From positions 67,502 through 131,501 of the forward strand of contig CAKZLU010000029.1 of the NCBI GenBank assembly GCA_937127245.1: 64,000 nt of DNA, written 5' to 3'. The DNA is from an uncultured Actinomycetes bacterium (GTDB lineage: Bacteria > Actinomycetota > Geothermincolia > Fen-727 > JACVIW01). A model generated the notes under the pieces. That model ran no database searches, was not told where the DNA came from, and saw nothing but the letters and a program-made list of their open reading frames with translations. Of this stretch, positions 58,595-64,000 are shown in pieces. Position numbers and translations under genes: made by a program. Position 1 is the first letter of the stretch. Every line of letters starts with the position of its first letter.

Positions 58595-59329
58595 CTACCA
58601 CCCCTTTTCCTCAACCAGGCTTTTCAACTGGAGCGCATTTTTCACGGCATACCCGCGGTAATCATTATTAAAATAAGCGAATACATCTCGACCATTTCCA
58701 AGATGTTCTGCGATTTCGGAAGATAAAGCGCCCAGCTCTTTTTCGCTGTAGCAGGGTGCTTTTTGTTGCCTTCCCCCATGCTTTCTGTAAAAAACGAATT
58801 CGGCGGTCAGCGCCCTCGGTCCAGGATAGAAAGGACTGTCAGCGAAACAAAGCGCCATGCCGTATTCCTCCAGGAGGCGATAAACTTCATCGCATAGCCA
58901 TGTCTCATGCCGGAATTCGAAAACATATCTGTAACCGTTAGGAAGAATCTTTAAAAAATGCTTAAGCCTTTCGATTTCAAGTTTCCAATTTGGCGGAAAT
59001 TGAAAAAGAACCGCGCCGAGCTTTTCGCCGAGCCCGGAGGCGTTTTCAAAAAACCTAACGACTGAATTCTCAGGGTCTTTCAGCCTCTTGATATGAGTAA
59101 TGAAGCGATTCGCTTTTACAGTGAAAATAAAGCCTTCAGATACTGTGGATGCCCATTTTTCAAACGTCTTTTTCTCGGGTAAATTGTAAAAGGTATTGTT
59201 TATTTCCACGGTTTGAAAGTAGCGCGAATAATATTTAAGCCATTTTTCCTGACTGAGATCGTCCGGGTAGAAGACCCGCTTCCAGTGAGGATATACCCAT
59301 CCTGATGTTCCAATAAGCAGTCGAGCCAT
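58595..59329 (-). CDS. DUF72 (YecE-like) family protein
   Basis: N-terminal IGTSGWVYPHW..FYP signature. Confidence 0.75.
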   Translation of the reverse strand: MARLLIGTSGWVYPHWKRVFYPDDLSQEKWLKYYSRYFQTVEINNTFYNLPEKKTFEKWASTVSEGFIFTVKANRFITHIKRLKDPENSVVRFFENASGLGEKLGAVLFQFPPNWKLEIERLKHFLKILPNGYRYVFEFRHETWLCDEVYRLLEEYGMALCFADSPFYPGPRALTAEFVFYRKHGGRQQKAPCYSEKELGALSSEIAEHLGNGRDVFAYFNNDYRGYAVKNALQLKSLVEEKGW

Positions 59330-59450
59330 GGCGAAATCACCCGCTGCTAAATAGTATATTCAATATCAACGCTAAGTTTGGTGCGCTTTCAATGATACAT
59401 GGCGAACAATGGAATTGAATCGCTGTGGTAAGATTTAAGGGGGTGAGGAC

Positions 59451-60395
59451 TTGAGGGATGTTATAGTTGTGGTCGGCAGCATAAACACAGACCTCGTTGT
59501 CAAATCAGAACGTATTCCAAAGCCTGGGGAGAATATTTGCGGTAAGGGCTTTTCAATGGTCCCGGGCGGGAAAGGCGCGAATCAAGCTGTCGCTGCGAGA
59601 AGACTCGGCACGGAAGTCTATATGCTTGGTTGCGTGGGAAGGGACCTTTTCGGCGATTTTCTCATAAGAAATCTTGAGAAGTGCGGGGTTTCAACTTCTT
59701 TTGTGAAGAGGGCGGACGATTATTTTACCGGGACTGCGCTGATAGTAGTTGAGGAGGATACTGGTATAAACACGATAGTTGTGGATCCGGGAGCTAACAT
59801 GGCGTTAAAGGTCGAGGACTTAAGCGTTCTTCAAGGCGTTTTTGAAAAGGCCTCTGTCGCGCTTTTTCAGCTCGAAGTTCCCACGGAGGTTGTGATTGAG
59901 GGATCGAAGATGGCAAAAGAAAAAGGGGTCGTGACAATTCTGGACGCGGGTCCCCCGAGGGGCATGGTCTTATCCGCGCTTGAGCACTTTGATATTGTCT
60001 CGCCGAATATACATGAGCTTGCTTCCCTCACAGGTTTTACGGTCAATAATGTAGATCAGGCTAAGGAAGCCTCCCTTTTTCTTATCGAAAGGGGGGTTCC
60101 AAAGGTCGTAGTGAAAATGGGAGAGCAGGGCGCGCTTCTTGTTGAAGGTCAAAAGGCTACGCACTGCGCGGCTTTCCCCGTTGAGGCGGTGGACGCTACC
60201 GCGGCTGGAGACGCTTTCACGGCGGCGCTGGCGCTCTCGGTGGCTCAGGGCAAGTCAATGAGGGATTCCGTAATCTATGCCAACGCGGCTGGAGCATATG
60301 CGGTAACGGTCTTCGGCGCTCAGCTGTCAATGCCAACCGTTGAGGATGTCCAGGGGATACTTTCCCGCAAAGGTGGAGAATGTTTCGAATTATGA
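59451..60395 (+). CDS. rbsK: PfkB-family carbohydrate kinase, ribokinase-like
   Basis: N-terminal VVGSINTDLV, GG motif (GGKGANQA) and C-terminal AAGDAF anion-hole motif. TTG start with an AAGGGGGTGAGGA RBS. Confidence 0.7.
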   Translation: MRDVIVVVGSINTDLVVKSERIPKPGENICGKGFSMVPGGKGANQAVAARRLGTEVYMLGCVGRDLFGDFLIRNLEKCGVSTSFVKRADDYFTGTALIVVEEDTGINTIVVDPGANMALKVEDLSVLQGVFEKASVALFQLEVPTEVVIEGSKMAKEKGVVTILDAGPPRGMVLSALEHFDIVSPNIHELASLTGFTVNNVDQAKEASLFLIERGVPKVVVKMGEQGALLVEGQKATHCAAFPVEAVDATAAGDAFTAALALSVAQGKSMRDSVIYANAAGAYAVTVFGAQLSMPTVEDVQGILSRKGGECFEL

Positions 60396-61411
60396 TCAGG
60401 ATAAAGCGCCTGCCGCTCGGCGCGCGGCATGCGGCTATAGCACTGCTGCTGCTACTTTTTATTTTGGTATGCGGCACGGTTGGTTTTATGCTGATTGAGG
60501 ATATGTCTTTTAACGAAGCCCTATACATGACCGTGATCACAATATCAACAGTGGGCTTCAGGGAAGTCAGAAAACTTGGAACCGGAGGCACCTATTTCAC
60601 AATCGCTTTGATATTCACTGGCGTCAGCACGGTCCTTTTCTTCCTGACCGGCATTTTTGAGTTCATCCTGGGCGAGTTCTTTGGGGAATTCTGGAGGCAA
60701 AGAAAGATGAAGGCGAATGTTACCAAGCTTCGAGACCATTATGTTGTGTGCGGGTTTGGCAGGGTTGGGAGAAGCGTGGCCGAAGAGCTCTGGCAGCAGA
60801 GCAAACCTTTTGTTGTTGTCGAAAAGGACCGCGAAACTTTTGAGCGGTGTCAAGAAATGGGCTATTTTGCGGTTCATGGCAGCGCGACAGAGGCTGAAAC
60901 TTTGAAAGAAGCGGGAATCGAGAAAGCTTCAGGACTTGTAAGCGCGCTCAGCTCGGACAGCGAGAACCTCTATGCCGTGCTGACCGCGAAAGTCTTGAAT
61001 CGGGGAATCATCATAGTCGCACGGGCTGATCAGCCTGATTCAGAGGAGAAACTTGAAATGGTGGGAGCCGACAGGGTGATATCGCCCCACAAGATCGCCG
61101 GAAAGAGAATGGCAAACCTTCTGACAAGACCGGGTGCCTGCGAGTTCCTCGATGTCGTCACGAGTGGAAGTCTTCCAGAATATCAATTATCCGAAATTAT
61201 TGTCAGGGAGGATTTTCCCTATCTCGGCATGACGATTAGAGAGACAAGGCTCAGGGAAAAAACAGGCGTAACGATTCTCTCCTTGCGCAAAAAGGGAGAA
61301 TCAACCTTTAACGTAAATCCGACTCCTGATGTCTTGCTGGAGGAAGGGGATGTATTGATCGTGATAGGCACACCGGAGCAAATGGAAAGCCTCGGGCTTG
61401 AAAATTCTTAG
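60380..61411 (+). CDS. Two-TM ion channel with cytoplasmic RCK (TrkA-N + TrkA-C) domains; non-canonical pore signature TVGFRE
   Basis: TM1, a pore helix-filter (VITISTVGFREV) and TM2 are followed by a Rossmann RCK (VVCGFGRVGRSV) and a TrkA-C (EGDVLIVIG). It overlaps the 3' end of the ribokinase gene by 16 nt. Confidence 0.65.
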   Translation: MFRIMIRIKRLPLGARHAAIALLLLLFILVCGTVGFMLIEDMSFNEALYMTVITISTVGFREVRKLGTGGTYFTIALIFTGVSTVLFFLTGIFEFILGEFFGEFWRQRKMKANVTKLRDHYVVCGFGRVGRSVAEELWQQSKPFVVVEKDRETFERCQEMGYFAVHGSATEAETLKEAGIEKASGLVSALSSDSENLYAVLTAKVLNRGIIIVARADQPDSEEKLEMVGADRVISPHKIAGKRMANLLTRPGACEFLDVVTSGSLPEYQLSEIIVREDFPYLGMTIRETRLREKTGVTILSLRKKGESTFNVNPTPDVLLEEGDVLIVIGTPEQMESLGLENS

Positions 61412-61429
61412 TAGGAGGTGCAGCCTTCG

Positions 61430-63943
61430 ATGGACGAAAAGACGACATCTAAAAAAGTTTCGCTTACGGGTAAGAAAATACGCGCGGTGTTTGGTGAAGC
61501 GGGCATTCACCCATTTTTACTTTTGGAGATTATGACGCCTGAGGGCCAATGGCTCGAAGCCGTGCGACTCGGAGCGAGGCATTTAAGGTACACGCACAAA
61601 GGAGCTTCGTTTCCGAGAGTATTCATTGGCGGTAGGGAGATTGAGTCGACTGAAGGTGTTGGAATAGAAAAGGAAGAAAGCAACGGGCGTCGCGTTGTGC
61701 TCCGCGACAGGAGAGGCGCCTTGAGACTTGAAAGCGGCTTATCCATTGATGAAGATCTGGGAGTCTTTAAAATCACCCACAAAATAAAGGCTGACGCTGA
61801 TACCGGGGTGAACAGAATATTCGATAGGTACGATTTCGTGGCGGCTGCCTTGAGCACAGAGCACGAGAGGCTTGACTACTCTTTTGTGCCAAATCTCAGA
61901 CCGGCCGAAAACATGGTTGTCGGGGACCATGTTTTCCGCACTCCGGTCGTGATGGCGAAGAAGAATAAGCTGTTTTTCGCGCTAATTTGCGACCTTGAAG
62001 TTCTGAAGAGCGAATACGCGAAAGGCGCCGTGCGCTACTACTTGGATTTTTTGGCGGTCGGCGGGGAAAACCGCTCCCCATCGGCCTGTTTTGGAATAGG
62101 AAACACCATTCCCAAAGGGCACGTGTATTTCAAGAGCAGATTTTCCAAGGAGATCAAACTTAAAGCTGGCGATGAACTCAGGATGGGATACTATATCTTA
62201 CTCGGCACATCTGACGAATCCTCCAGAAATGCTCTCTCTTTTATTTGGAAGAATTTCGGCAAAAAGTACTTTGTTTCTGGCGCTCCCCAGGTTGCGGGAT
62301 TTGACAGGTACGCTTCTGCTGGGCTTAAGCGAATGTTCAAAACAGATGATATCTTTCGCACCTTGGAGATCGAAGGACAGAAATGCGGTGGCACCGTGGG
62401 CATCCATTTTGCTGCCAAGCCGGGCGTGATGCTCATGAATCGGAAAGAATCGGAGGGCTACCTCAAAAATGAGGACAAGGTGATATTTGTTCAGAGGCAC
62501 GGGCTCAAGTTACTTTCCTCAAGACCGTGGGGAGTTCGCATTCTTGAGAGGGTCACCTATTCGAAAGGAATGAAAGTTCCCCCTCAGATATTCTTCCAGT
62601 CGTGGTATTGCAATTTGAGAAGCGCCTACGGAGCCTACTGGTTTGGGAAGAGATGGGATGACAGGGAATTAGTGGAAAACGCCATAGCGGTCAAGAATCT
62701 ATCGATCGTAGCCCCGAGAGAGAACGGACTTTTTCCAGCGGTTTGCTTCGCCACGGATGATGGAGTTTTCTGGTCGAAGGGAACAATGGCTTTCAAGCAT
62801 ATAGACGAATATCATATTCCAGACTGCGCAACGACAGCCTACTATATGGTTCTCTGGCATAAAGACCTTGAGGGAGATCCGCGTCTTCTCAAAAGGGCAA
62901 GGGAGCTTGCTGATTTCTTAACGAGCATTCAATTACCAAGCGGGGCAATCCCCGCATGGGTCAGTCCCGGCGGTGGTGGAACGAATATTTCGGAAATTCT
63001 GAAAGAGAGTGCATCGACCGCATGCCCGGCTATGTTCTTGGCTGCTTTATATGAGGTTGAGCCGGATGAGAGGTACTTGAGTTCAGCCAAGAAAGCTTGC
63101 GAGTTCCTTCTTTCCGAAGTTGTTCCCTCCAAGAAGTGGTTTGATTACGAAACCTTCTTCTCTTGCTCTCATAAAAAGATTGATTTCTACGACTCATACA
63201 CCGATACACCTCCTCAAAATACTATGAGCATTTACTGGGCAGCGGAAGCCCTACGTCTTTTGTTTCTTATAACCAGGGACAAGGCTTACCTCGAGGCCGG
63301 CGCGAGGATCATGGATGAGCTATGCCTTTATCAGCAAGTGTGGGATCCGCCCTTCCTGCAGATCAATGGTTTTGGCGGTTTTGGCGTGATGAACACCGAT
63401 GCTGAGTGGAATGACGCAAGGCAGGCTCTTTTTTCAACGCTGCTTATGGATTACTACCGTCTCACCGGGAATCGGGAGTATATGGAACGCGGCATCTCCG
63501 CACTGCGGGCTTCTTTCACCCTAATGTACATCGATGACAACAGGAGGGTCGCTCCCGGTAATATGCGGTTCATTCCCCCGCACGAGACGGGAAGTGTCGC
63601 CGAAAACTATGGACATTTCGGATTCGATTACAGGACAACGGGAATACTCCAGTCAGATTGGGGCGTGGGCAGCGCCTGCTTTGCCTCGGCTTATGCACTA
63701 AAGCATTACGGTGATGTTTATGTGGATGTTGGTCGGAAAGAGGCATTCGGTATAAACGGCTGCACTGTGGATGATTTTTCCAAGGAGGGCACCAACTTGA
63801 GGTTGGGTGTAAAAAAGCACATAGATCAGGGGCTTGAGCTTACAATAAGAATTTCCGAACCTGAAGCGGCGGTATTTGAAATCGAAGTTAACGGAAGGAA
63901 AGCTTCCCGCCAGAAAGACGGTTCATATAGGATATATATATAA
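61430..63943 (+). CDS. Large hypothetical protein (about 838 aa); C-terminal half possibly an (alpha/alpha)6 glycoside-hydrolase-like toroid
   Basis: AGGAGG RBS before the ATG at 61430. No motif confidently recognised; the fold guess rests on helical-repeat character and Trp/Tyr-rich segments. Confidence 0.35.
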   Translation: MDEKTTSKKVSLTGKKIRAVFGEAGIHPFLLLEIMTPEGQWLEAVRLGARHLRYTHKGASFPRVFIGGREIESTEGVGIEKEESNGRRVVLRDRRGALRLESGLSIDEDLGVFKITHKIKADADTGVNRIFDRYDFVAAALSTEHERLDYSFVPNLRPAENMVVGDHVFRTPVVMAKKNKLFFALICDLEVLKSEYAKGAVRYYLDFLAVGGENRSPSACFGIGNTIPKGHVYFKSRFSKEIKLKAGDELRMGYYILLGTSDESSRNALSFIWKNFGKKYFVSGAPQVAGFDRYASAGLKRMFKTDDIFRTLEIEGQKCGGTVGIHFAAKPGVMLMNRKESEGYLKNEDKVIFVQRHGLKLLSSRPWGVRILERVTYSKGMKVPPQIFFQSWYCNLRSAYGAYWFGKRWDDRELVENAIAVKNLSIVAPRENGLFPAVCFATDDGVFWSKGTMAFKHIDEYHIPDCATTAYYMVLWHKDLEGDPRLLKRARELADFLTSIQLPSGAIPAWVSPGGGGTNISEILKESASTACPAMFLAALYEVEPDERYLSSAKKACEFLLSEVVPSKKWFDYETFFSCSHKKIDFYDSYTDTPPQNTMSIYWAAEALRLLFLITRDKAYLEAGARIMDELCLYQQVWDPPFLQINGFGGFGVMNTDAEWNDARQALFSTLLMDYYRLTGNREYMERGISALRASFTLMYIDDNRRVAPGNMRFIPPHETGSVAENYGHFGFDYRTTGILQSDWGVGSACFASAYALKHYGDVYVDVGRKEAFGINGCTVDDFSKEGTNLRLGVKKHIDQGLELTIRISEPEAAVFEIEVNGRKASRQKDGSYRIYI

Positions 63944-64000
63944 TGCCGACAGGGGCCTTATTTCTTCTTCTTATGACGATTCTTCTTGAGCTGTTTCTTG

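Noticed and set aside
1-64000. CRISPR arrays, tRNA/rRNA genes, IS elements, integrases or prophage blocks
   Set aside because: Scanning by eye found no short regularly spaced direct repeats, no T-loop/anticodon-stem-like tRNA candidates in the intergenic regions, and no transposase or integrase-like ORFs. The window appears to be core chromosome rather than a mobile island. A computational tRNAscan or IS search would be needed to be sure.

Overview
This looks like a chromosomal segment from an anaerobic bacterium. Supporting this are a class-II CCA-adding enzyme with an HD domain, Fpg/MutM, a lipobox lipoprotein and feoAB-dtxR; GC looks moderate by eye. It is densely coded on both strands. 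No rRNA, tRNA, CRISPR array, transposase or integrase was recognised.

The main functional blocks are:
- a beta-oxidation-like enzyme set: three SDRs, a MaoC double-hotdog hydratase, an acyl-CoA dehydrogenase, and an SCP-x-type thiolase with its DUF35 partner;
- an orphan 881-aa glycyl radical enzyme;
- a 1155-aa secreted protein with two PHP domains and nucleotide-perfect tandem repeats;
- a heterodisulfide-reductase-like module hdrC-hdrB-hdrA-mvhD-(FeS protein)-fdhA, described below;
- amino-acid and amidase genes, and a two-component pair;
- two paralogous DMT transporters;
- an iron-uptake operon feoA-feoA-feoB-dtxR with a DtxR-box-like palindrome in its promoter;
- a pabA-pabB-pabC operon;
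- sugar kinases and a class II aldolase;
- an RCK-gated channel with a non-canonical pore filter.

In the Hdr module, HdrA is an unusually long 1055-aa protein that looks like a tandem HdrA-HdrA fusion. FdhA is a selenoprotein: it carries an in-frame TGA in the canonical ...HCARL-U-HSPTVAGL... motif, followed by a SECIS-like hairpin.

The most interesting candidate system is the formate-linked Hdr/MvhD/Fdh putative electron-bifurcating complex with the duplicated HdrA. Secondary items are the orphan glycyl radical enzyme, the repeat-bearing secreted PHP protein, a likely homopolymer frameshift at the start of the response regulator gene, and an 18-bp perfect palindrome.
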